64,000 bases of DNA from an uncultured Halioglobus sp. GTDB lineage: Bacteria > Pseudomonadota > Gammaproteobacteria > Pseudomonadales > Halieaceae. Of the stretch, positions 47,860 to 56,654 are shown in pieces. Both the position numbers and the translations under genes were made by a program. Location: positions 10,358 through 74,357 of the forward strand of contig CAWWAG010000008.1 in the NCBI GenBank assembly GCA_963934845.1. The letters are read 5' to 3'. The first letter of the stretch is position 1; every line of letters starts with the position of its first letter. Below the pieces are notes generated by a model. That model did not search any database. It was not told the origin of the DNA and saw only the letters and a list, made by a program, of their open reading frames with translations.

Positions 47860-48816
47860 ATGAATTACGACCTCTTTAACGGAGATGCGGATGGCATCTG
47901 CGCTCTGCTCCAATTACGCAAAGCCGAGCCGCGTGAAGCAGCGCTGATCACCGGTGTGAAACGGGACATCAATCTACTGGGAAAAGTGGACGCGGCAGCG
48001 GGTGATCAGATTACTGTCCTCGACGTATCGATGGACAAGAACCGCGCGGCACTGAATAAAGTCCTGGAGCAGGGCGCTTCTGTGTTTTACGTAGATCACC
48101 ATTTCTCCGGTGACATTCCCGAACACGCCAACCTGACTGCGATTATCAATGAGTTAGCAGACGTCTGCACCGCAGCGTTGGTCAACGGACACCTCAACGG
48201 AGCTCACCTGGACTGGGCGGTCACTGGCGCTTTTGGTGACAACCTCCACGATACTGCCAGGACACTGGCGAAAGGTCTGAATATCACACCGCAGGACCTG
48301 ACTGCACTGGAAAACCTCGGTACCTATATCAACTATAATGGTTACGGTCCAGCCATTGCGGACTTACACTTCGATCCAAAAGAGCTATATCTGCGTCTTT
48401 ACGCGGCAGAAGGCCCTCTGGATTTTGTGCGCAATTCCCCCGATTTTGACAAACTCAGTACCGGCTATCGCGAAGATATGGCCATGGCAGAAGCTCTGCA
48501 GCCACTGCACGCAAAGCCGAGTACTGCGGTCTTCCTACTGCCCGACGAAGCCTGGGCACGCCGTGTGAGTGGTGTCTATAGCAACGACTTGGCAACCAAC
48601 AATCCGGCGCGGGCACACGCCGTCCTGACGCTCAATGCCAAGGGTAATTATCTGGTTAGCGTTAGAGCGCCTATGAAAAACAAACAAGGCGCAGCTGAAC
48701 TGTGCATGCAATTCCCTACCGGTGGGGGACGCGCAGGCGCAGCGGGAATCAACGACTTACCCCTGGATCGCCTGCAAGATTTTGTCGATGCGTTTGAGTA
48801 TAGCTACGCGGGCTGA
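47860..48816 (+). CDS. DHH/DHHA1 family phosphoesterase
   Basis: 318 aa with DHH motifs GDADG, DVS and VDHHF, and a DHHA1-like GGGRAGAAG. Confidence 0.7.
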   Translation: MNYDLFNGDADGICALLQLRKAEPREAALITGVKRDINLLGKVDAAAGDQITVLDVSMDKNRAALNKVLEQGASVFYVDHHFSGDIPEHANLTAIINELADVCTAALVNGHLNGAHLDWAVTGAFGDNLHDTARTLAKGLNITPQDLTALENLGTYINYNGYGPAIADLHFDPKELYLRLYAAEGPLDFVRNSPDFDKLSTGYREDMAMAEALQPLHAKPSTAVFLLPDEAWARRVSGVYSNDLATNNPARAHAVLTLNAKGNYLVSVRAPMKNKQGAAELCMQFPTGGGRAGAAGINDLPLDRLQDFVDAFEYSYAG

Positions 48817-49173
48817 GCGCCGCCTCTTGCCTAGAATATGGGCTTGTGCATCGTAGATGGGCCACTTGGAGGTCAGGAACCAATCGCCGCCTTGCCCCTC
48901 CGCGACAATCAATTCCAGTCTGTCATTCACCACGCTGCCATTGAGTACCTGTAGATCGTCACTGCCGTATTGTTCCGCCAGCGCCAGATCGTAGTCCGTT
49001 TTTCCCAGCAGGCTGCGCAGAGTGGTAAAGCCAAACCGTGAGAAAAACAGTCGATTGCCGCACACAAAGCGCCCTTGTGGATCTTTCACCCAGGCGTGGG
49101 TGTCAGGAATCAGATCCAGTAAGGTGAAACTCTTCGCTACCTCTTCCAGCGACGGGTAGATCAATTTTGTCAA
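48757..49173 (-). CDS. PAS-domain-only protein, probably the N-terminal remnant of a PAS-AraC type regulator
   Basis: 138 aa. LLDLIPDTHAWVKDPQGRFVCGN..GKTDYDL..DWFLTSKWPIYDAQAHILG is a PAS fold. PAS-like sequence ends at about residue 115. The last 23 codons are antisense to the 3' end of the DHH gene, and no DNA-binding domain follows. Confidence 0.5.
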   Translation of the reverse strand: MTKLIYPSLEEVAKSFTLLDLIPDTHAWVKDPQGRFVCGNRLFFSRFGFTTLRSLLGKTDYDLALAEQYGSDDLQVLNGSVVNDRLELIVAEGQGGDWFLTSKWPIYDAQAHILGKRRRSARVAILKRIDKILQAIQG

Positions 49174-49332
49174 TTTTTAGCGCTCTAGCCGAAATTGTGC
49201 TAATTATAGAGGGATATATTCAAGACTTCTGCTGCATTTGATAGGAGTATTGTCGTGTAGTGAACTGAACACCCCGGCGCGCTGTAATTGCCCTGTCTGT
49301 CGTTCACGCAACCGAGGCCAGAGAGCTGCGCA

Positions 49333-50490
49333 ATGAGCAAAATAAGAATGGGTATGGTAGGCGGTGGAGAGGGCGCTTTCATCGGCCCAGTGCACCGCAT
49401 GGCCGCAGCCCTCGATGGCGAAATTGAGCTGGTGTGCGGTGCTTTCAGCCGTGATCCAGAGCGCTCGCGTCGCTCCGGGACAGCGCTTTACCTGCCGCCG
49501 GAGAGAGTCTACAGCGATTACCGCGCAATGATGGTTGCTGAGGCGTTGCTACCAGCCGCGCAACGCATGCAGTTTGTCGCGATAGTGACACCCAACCACC
49601 AGCATTTCCCGGTTGCCGAGGCCGCCTTGCGCGCGGGCTTCCATGTGTTGTCTGACAAGCCAGCAACCTTGAATTTGGCGGAGGCGCTTCAACTGCGAGG
49701 AGTGCTTGAAGAAACAGGATTGCTCTACGGCTTGACCTACACCTATACCGGCTACCCACTGGTCAAGGAGGCCCGCGCACGGATAGCTGCCGGGGAACTG
49801 GGCAATGTCCGTAAAGTCGTAGTCGAGTACCCTCAAGGGTGGCTGGCAGACCGACAGGAGGATGTTGACAACAAACAGGCCACGTGGCGCCTCGATCCCG
49901 CACAGGCTGGCATCAGCAGTTGTATGGGCGATATCGGCGTACATGCCGCCAATCTCGCGGAGTATGTTAGCGGCGTGGAGATCGTCGAGATCTGTTCGGA
50001 CCTCACCGTATTTGTGCCCGGCAGAACGCTGGACGACGATGGTGCTGTGCTGCTGCGTTTTAATAACGGCGCGCGGGGTGTGCTCAGCGCCAGCCAGGTC
50101 AGCGTTGGGGAAGAAAATGCCCTGAGTATTCGCGTCTATGGTGAAAAAGGCGGACTGGAGTGGCGGCAACAAGAGCCCAATACCCTGTGGCTGAAATGGT
50201 CAGACCGGCCCACCCAGATGCTGCGTGCTGGCGGGTCATATCTGAATGAACTGGCTGCGGCCAATACTCGCACACCGATGGGGCATCCCGAGGGCTTCCT
50301 GGAGGCATTTGCTAATGTTTATCTGGCCTTTGCCGCCCGGATTCGGGCCCGCGAGTCAGGGCAGAGCGTTGATCCGCGCGCTGCTGATTGTCCCGGGATT
50401 GGAGCCGCGATTCGTGGCATGACATTTATTGAACTGGTGGTCGCCGCCAGTGCCAGCGACATTAAGTGGCACCCGTTTGAACAACATTAG
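49333..50490 (+). CDS. Gfo/Idh/MocA family NAD(P)-dependent sugar oxidoreductase
   Basis: 385 aa from the internal ATG, with Rossmann motif IRMGMVGGGEGAFIG. No signal peptide. Confidence 0.8.
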   Translation: MSKIRMGMVGGGEGAFIGPVHRMAAALDGEIELVCGAFSRDPERSRRSGTALYLPPERVYSDYRAMMVAEALLPAAQRMQFVAIVTPNHQHFPVAEAALRAGFHVLSDKPATLNLAEALQLRGVLEETGLLYGLTYTYTGYPLVKEARARIAAGELGNVRKVVVEYPQGWLADRQEDVDNKQATWRLDPAQAGISSCMGDIGVHAANLAEYVSGVEIVEICSDLTVFVPGRTLDDDGAVLLRFNNGARGVLSASQVSVGEENALSIRVYGEKGGLEWRQQEPNTLWLKWSDRPTQMLRAGGSYLNELAAANTRTPMGHPEGFLEAFANVYLAFAARIRARESGQSVDPRAADCPGIGAAIRGMTFIELVVAASASDIKWHPFEQH

Positions 50491-50520
50491 TCAGCCCCTA
50501 AAAACAGCGAGGTTCGCGCC

Positions 50521-51576
50521 ATGTCCCAAATGAAAGGCCCGGCAATTTTTCTTGCCCAGTTCGCGGGTAAGGAGGCCCCCTTCGACACGCTGGACAATAT
50601 CACTCGGTGGGCCGGTGATCTCGGCTATCGGGGAGTGCAAATTCCCAGCTGGGAAGCCGGCCTGATCGACCTGGAAAAGGCCGCGCAGAGCAAAGATTAC
50701 TGCGATGAATTGCAGGGTATTTGCGCGAGCAATGGCGTAGAAATTACCGAATTGTCCACACACCTACAGGGGCAGTTGGTAGCGGTGCATCCGGCCTTCG
50801 ACGAACAGTTTGATGGCTTCGCGCCCGCAGTCGTGCAGGGTAATCCAAAAGCACGACAGAAGTGGGCGGTACAGCAATTGTTACTGGCAGCGCGCGCCAG
50901 TAAGAATCTCGGCCTCACCGCGCACGCAACATTTTCTGGCGCACTGTTGTGGCACACCTTCTACCCTTGGCCGCAGCGTCCGCCTGGGCTGGTGGAAACA
51001 GGATTTCGGGAGCTGGCGGATCGCTGGCTGCCGATTTTGGATGCCTTCGACGCCGCTGGCGTCGACTTGTGTTATGAAATTCATCCGGGGGAAGATCTGC
51101 ACGACGGTGTGACCTTTGAGCGTTTTCTCGAAGCTACAGGCAACCATGCGCGCTGTCATATATTGTACGATCCCAGTCATTTCGTTCTGCAGCAGCTGGA
51201 TTACATTCAATTCATTGACTTCTACCATGAGCATATCAAGATGTTCCATGTCAAGGATGCGGAATTCAATTCCAATGGCCGCAGTGGCGTTTATGGCGGC
51301 TATCAGGGGTGGACGGATCGGGCCGGACGGTTTCGCTCTCTGGGCGATGGCCAGGTAGATTTCAGCGGCATCTTCAGTCAGTTCGCCCGCTACGGTTTTG
51401 AGGGCTGGGCGGTGTTGGAGTGGGAGTGTTGCCTGAAACATCCAGAAGATGGCGCACGCGAGGGTGTGGATTTCATTAATCATCATATTATCCGTACCAC
51501 CGACAGGGCATTCGACGATTTTGCCGGCGGGGGCGCGGACGAGGCCAGCAATCGACGTATCCTTGGTCTGGATTGA
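50521..51576 (+). CDS. xylose isomerase-like TIM-barrel protein (sugar phosphate isomerase/epimerase family)
   Basis: 351 aa with family-typical segments (YEIHPGEDLHDG, FHVKDAEF, GWAVLEWEC). Cytoplasmic. Confidence 0.7.
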   Translation: MSQMKGPAIFLAQFAGKEAPFDTLDNITRWAGDLGYRGVQIPSWEAGLIDLEKAAQSKDYCDELQGICASNGVEITELSTHLQGQLVAVHPAFDEQFDGFAPAVVQGNPKARQKWAVQQLLLAARASKNLGLTAHATFSGALLWHTFYPWPQRPPGLVETGFRELADRWLPILDAFDAAGVDLCYEIHPGEDLHDGVTFERFLEATGNHARCHILYDPSHFVLQQLDYIQFIDFYHEHIKMFHVKDAEFNSNGRSGVYGGYQGWTDRAGRFRSLGDGQVDFSGIFSQFARYGFEGWAVLEWECCLKHPEDGAREGVDFINHHIIRTTDRAFDDFAGGGADEASNRRILGLD

Positions 51577-51612
51577 GCGCCAACAACAGAGCGTTAACCG
51601 GAGGAGTGCAGC

Positions 51613-52941
51613 ATGACTGAGCAAGGACTGAATCGTAAACGGCTTTACTACGTGGGGAATCTGTCCATTTTCATGATTGGTCTGGGATTTGCCGTGCGCG
51701 CAAACATCGCGGCGAATCTACAGGAAGATATCTACAACCAGATTGACCTGGCCAATTCCGGCGCTCTCCTCGGGGAGGCGCTGGGCGCCACGTTTACCGG
51801 GTTCGCCCTGACGCTATTGTTTGGTAGCGCACTGGTAGATCTGATCGGCATGAAGCGGATGTTATTGCTGTCCGCAATCGGCTATATCGCAGGTGCGGCG
51901 GGGCTGCTGCTCGCGACGACGATGCCGGTTGATGCCACGGTTGAGTCCGTCGTGTGGGTCAGCCTGCTGTTGACCGGACTCGGCTGGGGCGCGGTGGAAG
52001 CCGCCTCTAATCCTATGGTAGCGGCCCTGTATCCAGAGGAGAAGACCCATCGGCTGAATATCCTGCACGCCTGGTGGCCGGCAGGTATCGTGGTAGGTGG
52101 TTTGCTGGGCGTGGCGATCACTGGCATGAGTCTGCCGTGGGAATTAAATATGTTGGTACTGATGCTTCCCGCGCTGGCTCTTGTCTGGATGGTCGCGACC
52201 TCGACCTTTCCTGTCACTGAGCGTGTTGCCGCCGGTGTCGGCTACGGTGACATGTTCGCCGAATTACTCAAACGACCACTATTCTGGGTGTTTTGGGTGT
52301 GTATGTTCCTGACCGCTGCGGCGGAGCTTGCGCCGGGACAGTGGGTCAATATTTCACTGTCCAATATTGTGGGCATGCAAGGCATCCTGCTGCTGGTCTA
52401 CGTCAGTGCGCTGATGTTTGTGATGCGGCACTTTGCCGGGCCCATCGTCGTGCACATCTCATCTGTCGGCCTGATGTTTGTCAGTTGTCTGTTTGCAGGA
52501 ATTGGTTTGTATCTGCTGAGTCTCGCCACTTCACCCGTTTTGGCTTTCGCCGCCGCGACCGTGTGGGGTATCGGCGTGTGTTACCTGTGGCCCACGATGC
52601 TGGCCATTGTGGCCGAGCGATTCCCGCGCGGCGGGGCAATGGCGATGGGCCTGATGGGCTTTGCCGGCGGTATGTCGATCCAGTTCGTACTGCCGCAGAT
52701 GGGCGCCATCTTTGATTCCGCCAAAGCGCAGGCGGCAGGCGGTGCCGACAAATTGGCGACACTGTCACCGGAGGCGATGCAAGAAGTGGTGCGCTATGCG
52801 TCCGTGGAATCGTTTCAATCGGTGGCCTACTTGCCGCTATTGCTGCTACCCGTATTCGGGTTAGTCTGGTTGGCCGATCGCAACAAGGGTGGGCACCAGA
52901 TAGAGACCATGGGTGCGGCTGGCAGCAACCACCAGCACTAG
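51613..52941 (+). CDS. MFS transporter
   Basis: 442 aa with about 12 hydrophobic segments. Confidence 0.75.
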   Translation: MTEQGLNRKRLYYVGNLSIFMIGLGFAVRANIAANLQEDIYNQIDLANSGALLGEALGATFTGFALTLLFGSALVDLIGMKRMLLLSAIGYIAGAAGLLLATTMPVDATVESVVWVSLLLTGLGWGAVEAASNPMVAALYPEEKTHRLNILHAWWPAGIVVGGLLGVAITGMSLPWELNMLVLMLPALALVWMVATSTFPVTERVAAGVGYGDMFAELLKRPLFWVFWVCMFLTAAAELAPGQWVNISLSNIVGMQGILLLVYVSALMFVMRHFAGPIVVHISSVGLMFVSCLFAGIGLYLLSLATSPVLAFAAATVWGIGVCYLWPTMLAIVAERFPRGGAMAMGLMGFAGGMSIQFVLPQMGAIFDSAKAQAAGGADKLATLSPEAMQEVVRYASVESFQSVAYLPLLLLPVFGLVWLADRNKGGHQIETMGAAGSNHQH

Positions 52942-52953
52942 CAGGAGTACCGA

Positions 52954-53796
52954 GTGAATGTAAAAATTGGTATGAATATGCTGTTGTGGGGCATTCAAAT
53001 AGGCCCGCAACACATACCCGTATTTAAAAGCCTGGCCGCAGCTGGCTATGACGGTGTTGAAATTCCGGTGGTGGGCCAGTCCCGCGACGCACTAAAAACT
53101 ATGGCAGCCGCCTGTGATGATCTGGGCCTGGCGCGCACTGCCTCGGCGTTTGTGGGTGCAGATGTAAACCCCATTTCGCCTGACGCCGCGGTGCGTGCCG
53201 CTGCGATCGACAACCTGAAGAAGGGGATAGATGACAGTCGACTGATAGGTGCTGACATCCTGGTCGGCGGCGTCTACCAGTCACACAAATACTTCACCGG
53301 TAGCGGCCCCACACAGCAGGAGTGGGATTGGTCGGCAGAGTATCTGCGCACCTGTGGTGAATACGCGCAGCAGGCCAGCGTGCAACTCGGGCTGGAATGC
53401 CTCAACCGATTCGAGGTGTTCCTGATCACCACATCGGCCGAGTGTCGGCGGATGGTAGAACAAGTGGGGCTGGATAACGTGGGTGTGCACTACGACACGC
53501 ATCACGCGAATATAGAAGATCCCAACCCCCGTGAGGCGTTGCAGAATATCCGAGGCGTTTTGAATCATGTACACCTGAGTGAGAGCCACCGCGGCACGCT
53601 GGGCACAGGTCAGGTTGACTGGGATGCCAACTTCGCCACCCTGCATGAAATCGACTACGAAGGCTGGCTGGTGATAGAGGCCTTCGGAACCAGCGATCCA
53701 GATCTCGCGGCCGCCGCAAATGTATGGCGCAATGCGTATGAGTCGCGCGAAGAAGTGTATTGCTCGGGGCTAGAGTTTATTCGAGCGCGGTTATAA
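52954..53796 (+). CDS. xylose isomerase-like TIM-barrel protein (sugar phosphate isomerase/epimerase family)
   Basis: 280 aa, GTG start, with GYDGVEIPV, YDTHHANIE, HVHLSESHRG and GWLVIEAF. Confidence 0.72.
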   Translation: MNVKIGMNMLLWGIQIGPQHIPVFKSLAAAGYDGVEIPVVGQSRDALKTMAAACDDLGLARTASAFVGADVNPISPDAAVRAAAIDNLKKGIDDSRLIGADILVGGVYQSHKYFTGSGPTQQEWDWSAEYLRTCGEYAQQASVQLGLECLNRFEVFLITTSAECRRMVEQVGLDNVGVHYDTHHANIEDPNPREALQNIRGVLNHVHLSESHRGTLGTGQVDWDANFATLHEIDYEGWLVIEAFGTSDPDLAAAANVWRNAYESREEVYCSGLEFIRARL

Positions 53797-53849
53797 CGCA
53801 ACGCTACGCCGACCCGGGATGCTGAAACAACAATCATGAGAAACCTGTA

Positions 53850-54107
53850 ATGTTGGTACCTATACGCCGCTGGATTATTGCTGTCGCGATCGCACTGTAC
53901 CTGTACTTTTTGTTACCGGCGACCGCAGATATGTTCTACGAATTGTACCATCTGACAAAAATTGACCCTGTCTATTGGGGGTATACCGGATTCAAAGCGG
54001 CGGGATATTACTTCACTGTGTATCAGCATCGATTGCTGGTCTGCTTGTCTGTGGCGGCCGCTATTATTGTCATTCCCACACTGATTAAAAAGCTTCGCGG
54101 AAGCTGA
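53850..54107 (+). CDS. small membrane protein (85 aa, two TM helices), unknown function
   Basis: Hydrophobic segments WIIAVAIALYLYFLL and LLVCLSVAAAIIVIPTLI. Located between the TIM-barrel gene and the Tat-signal subunit gene. Confidence 0.45.
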   Translation: MLVPIRRWIIAVAIALYLYFLLPATADMFYELYHLTKIDPVYWGYTGFKAAGYYFTVYQHRLLVCLSVAAAIIVIPTLIKKLRGS

Positions 54108-54116
54108 AAGGTAACT

Positions 54117-54734
54117 ATGAATCGACGCGAGTTCCTGCAATGCGCAGCCATACTGATATCCGGTGCCAGCGCCAGCCAATTGGGGTTCTCCCTGAGCGCG
54201 GAGCAGGTAACTTATCTGGCTAGCGCGCCCAACTACAATTCGACTGCGGTAGATTATTTCAGTCCCACCCAACGTAAAATAGTGGCGGCGATGGCTGAGG
54301 TGGTTATCCCCCGAACCGATACGCCTGGCGCTGTCGACGCCGGTGTACCCAAGTACATAGAACTGATGGTGGCAAATTGGCTAAATGAGCAGGAGAAAGC
54401 CATTTTTAACACGGGCTTACAGGATATCGAAACTCGTATACCCCAAGAGTATGGCGTCTCCTTTGAGCAGTTGAGCGCGGCACAGCAGTTGGAGATTATG
54501 GAGACACTAGAAGATGATGCGTCGGATTCCCAATGGTATGAATTTGCGAATGTCTTTCGCGAATTTATCAGTGACGCGCCCTTTATCTGCCAACTCAAGG
54601 AACTTACCATATGGGGTTTCTTCACCTCGCAAGAGGGCGCCTCCCAGGTATTGCGATACGACCCTATGCCCATGTATTTCGACGGTGACGCGCCCCTCGC
54701 TAGCGACGAGAGTTCCTGGTCAACTCCCCTGTAA
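54117..54734 (+). CDS. gluconate 2-dehydrogenase subunit 3-like small subunit with twin-arginine signal
   Basis: 205 aa with Tat motif MNRREFLQCAAILISGASA. It lies immediately upstream of a GMC flavoprotein gene. Confidence 0.75.
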   Translation: MNRREFLQCAAILISGASASQLGFSLSAEQVTYLASAPNYNSTAVDYFSPTQRKIVAAMAEVVIPRTDTPGAVDAGVPKYIELMVANWLNEQEKAIFNTGLQDIETRIPQEYGVSFEQLSAAQQLEIMETLEDDASDSQWYEFANVFREFISDAPFICQLKELTIWGFFTSQEGASQVLRYDPMPMYFDGDAPLASDESSWSTPL

Positions 54735-54751
54735 CACGGTGGTAAACATTT

Positions 54752-56458
54752 ATGATTGAAGCAAAGCAATACGATTTTGACGCCATCGTGGTGGGATCAG
54801 GCATCTCTGGCGGTTGGGCAGCGAAGGAACTGACTGAAAAAGGGCTTAAGGTGCTGGTGCTGGAACGTGGCAAACCGCTGGCAGCGGGCACCGGTTATTT
54901 GGGAGAACACGCGCCCAACTGGAAGTTTCCGTTTCAGGGTAAAAAGCCTCGAGAATTATACGCCGAAGACTACCCGGTGCAGAGTAAGGTCGCGCACTCG
55001 TTTAATGAAGCGACGCGGCAGTTCTGGAACAACGATAAGGAAAACCCTTACGCCATGGATGAGGGTAAGCCGTTTCTTTGGGCGCGAGCGGATGTGGTTG
55101 GCGGTCGTTCGCTGATATGGGGACGACAAACTTATCGCCTGAGTGAGATGGACTTCAAGGCGAATGCAAGCGATGGCCATGGCATACCCTGGCCGGTGGG
55201 CTACAAGGACATTGAACCCTGGTACAGCTACGTCGAAAAATTTGTCGGCATCAACGGCAAGAAGGAAAACCTGCCGCAGCTGCCCGACAGCGAGTTCCAG
55301 AAGCCCATGCCCTGGTTTGCATTGGAAGAGACGATCAATGAGCGCTTAAAGAAGAAAGCGCCCGATGTCACGCTCACCAACGGACGCGTGGCGATTCTCA
55401 CGGAGGATCTTCCCGGGCGCAGAGCCTGTCACTATTGTGGCCCATGCGCTCGCGGCTGTTCCACCGGCAGTTACTTCAGTTCGCAGAGCTCGACGTTGCC
55501 GGCGGCGAGGGCTACAGGTAATCTCACGCTGCGGGCAAACTCCGTGGTAGAGCGTCTGGAGTACGACAAATCGTCTGGGAATATATCCCTAGTGCATGTT
55601 ATCGATGCGATCACCAGGGAGCGCATATCGTTTAGCGCAAAGATCGTTTTCCTCTGCGCTTCCACCGTGGGTAGCACACAGATTCTGATGAATTCCGCCA
55701 GCGAGGATTTTCCCGATGGACTAGCCAACAGCAGTGGCGTGTTAGGCCGCTATATGATGGATCACACACTGGGCCTGAGCGGTGCAGGATTATTTCTAGA
55801 CAATATGGACAGCTACTACCACGGCAACCGGCCAACCGGGCTCTACATACCGCGTTTCAGGAATCTCAACGGCCAGGACAAGGACGCCGATTTTGTGCGA
55901 GGTTATGCTTATCAAACGGCGATGTTACGCATGGATTGGCAAACCGGTATCAACAGCAAGGGTTTTGGTATTGACCTGAAAGAGTCGCTGCGAAAACCCG
56001 GTCCATGGGTATTCGCATTGATGGGCTTTAACGAATGCCTGCCGAGCGAATCTAACCGTATGTACTTGAGCAAAGACAAGGTGGACCGCTACGGTATCCC
56101 GCAGGTCGTATTCGATTTTGAGTGGGGCGAGAACGAAGTTAATTTGCGTCGCGACGCCAAGGTCCAGGCAGATCGTCTAATGAAAGCGGCGGGGGCGGTA
56201 GTCTCGCTAGCGGGAAACGATGACATGTCCATGCCAGGTGAGGGCATTCACGAAATGGGCACGGCTCGTATGGGCGTGGACCCGGCTAATTCTGTTCTCA
56301 ATGCCTACAACCAGTCTCACGATGTTCCTAATCTGTTTATCACTGACGGTTCATTCATGGCCTCATCATCCTGTGTCAATCCGTCGCTCACCTACATGGC
56401 CTTTACCGCAAGGGCTTGTGACTATGCCGTAAAAAAAATCGCACAGGGCGTGTTGTGA
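54752..56458 (+). CDS. GMC family FAD-dependent oxidoreductase (catalytic subunit, no own signal peptide)
   Basis: 568 aa with an FAD dinucleotide motif at residues 11-20 (AIVVGSGISGGWAAKEL) and a C-terminal GMC active-site region (GIHEMGTARMG). Confidence 0.85.
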   Translation: MIEAKQYDFDAIVVGSGISGGWAAKELTEKGLKVLVLERGKPLAAGTGYLGEHAPNWKFPFQGKKPRELYAEDYPVQSKVAHSFNEATRQFWNNDKENPYAMDEGKPFLWARADVVGGRSLIWGRQTYRLSEMDFKANASDGHGIPWPVGYKDIEPWYSYVEKFVGINGKKENLPQLPDSEFQKPMPWFALEETINERLKKKAPDVTLTNGRVAILTEDLPGRRACHYCGPCARGCSTGSYFSSQSSTLPAARATGNLTLRANSVVERLEYDKSSGNISLVHVIDAITRERISFSAKIVFLCASTVGSTQILMNSASEDFPDGLANSSGVLGRYMMDHTLGLSGAGLFLDNMDSYYHGNRPTGLYIPRFRNLNGQDKDADFVRGYAYQTAMLRMDWQTGINSKGFGIDLKESLRKPGPWVFALMGFNECLPSESNRMYLSKDKVDRYGIPQVVFDFEWGENEVNLRRDAKVQADRLMKAAGAVVSLAGNDDMSMPGEGIHEMGTARMGVDPANSVLNAYNQSHDVPNLFITDGSFMASSSCVNPSLTYMAFTARACDYAVKKIAQGVL

Positions 56459-56536
56459 CGGACTTACCTGGCGTGAAAGGCCTTATCAGCGCTCCCCGTC
56501 ATTGCTTTCGTGGTTCAAAGGCATAGACCCTTTCCA

Positions 56537-56550
56537 GACTATATATAGTC
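56537..56550. promoter_or_regulatory. perfect 14-bp palindrome GACTATATATAGTC (candidate operator or -10 region)
   Basis: The sequence is its own reverse complement and lies 105 nt upstream of the 56655 ORF. Confidence 0.3.
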
Positions 56551-56654
56551 CGTCGGCGCTGGTTCGAGTGTTGTCCTTGCGTCACGGCAGGGCGTTTGGT
56601 ATCACTGTCGGCGCCGCTGCAAATTCATTCCTCACCTTTATAAAGAGATAACTT

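Noticed and set aside
50881-51624. 247-aa minus-strand ORF inside the first TIM-barrel gene
   Set aside because: It is antisense to a gene with clear family motifs and has no domain signature of its own. The same reasoning applies to 38061-38858 (+, antisense to mltD), 57469-58140 (-), 56625-57176 (-), 25282-25863 (+, antisense to metH), 2400-2921 (-, antisense to holB) and 49549-50172 (-).
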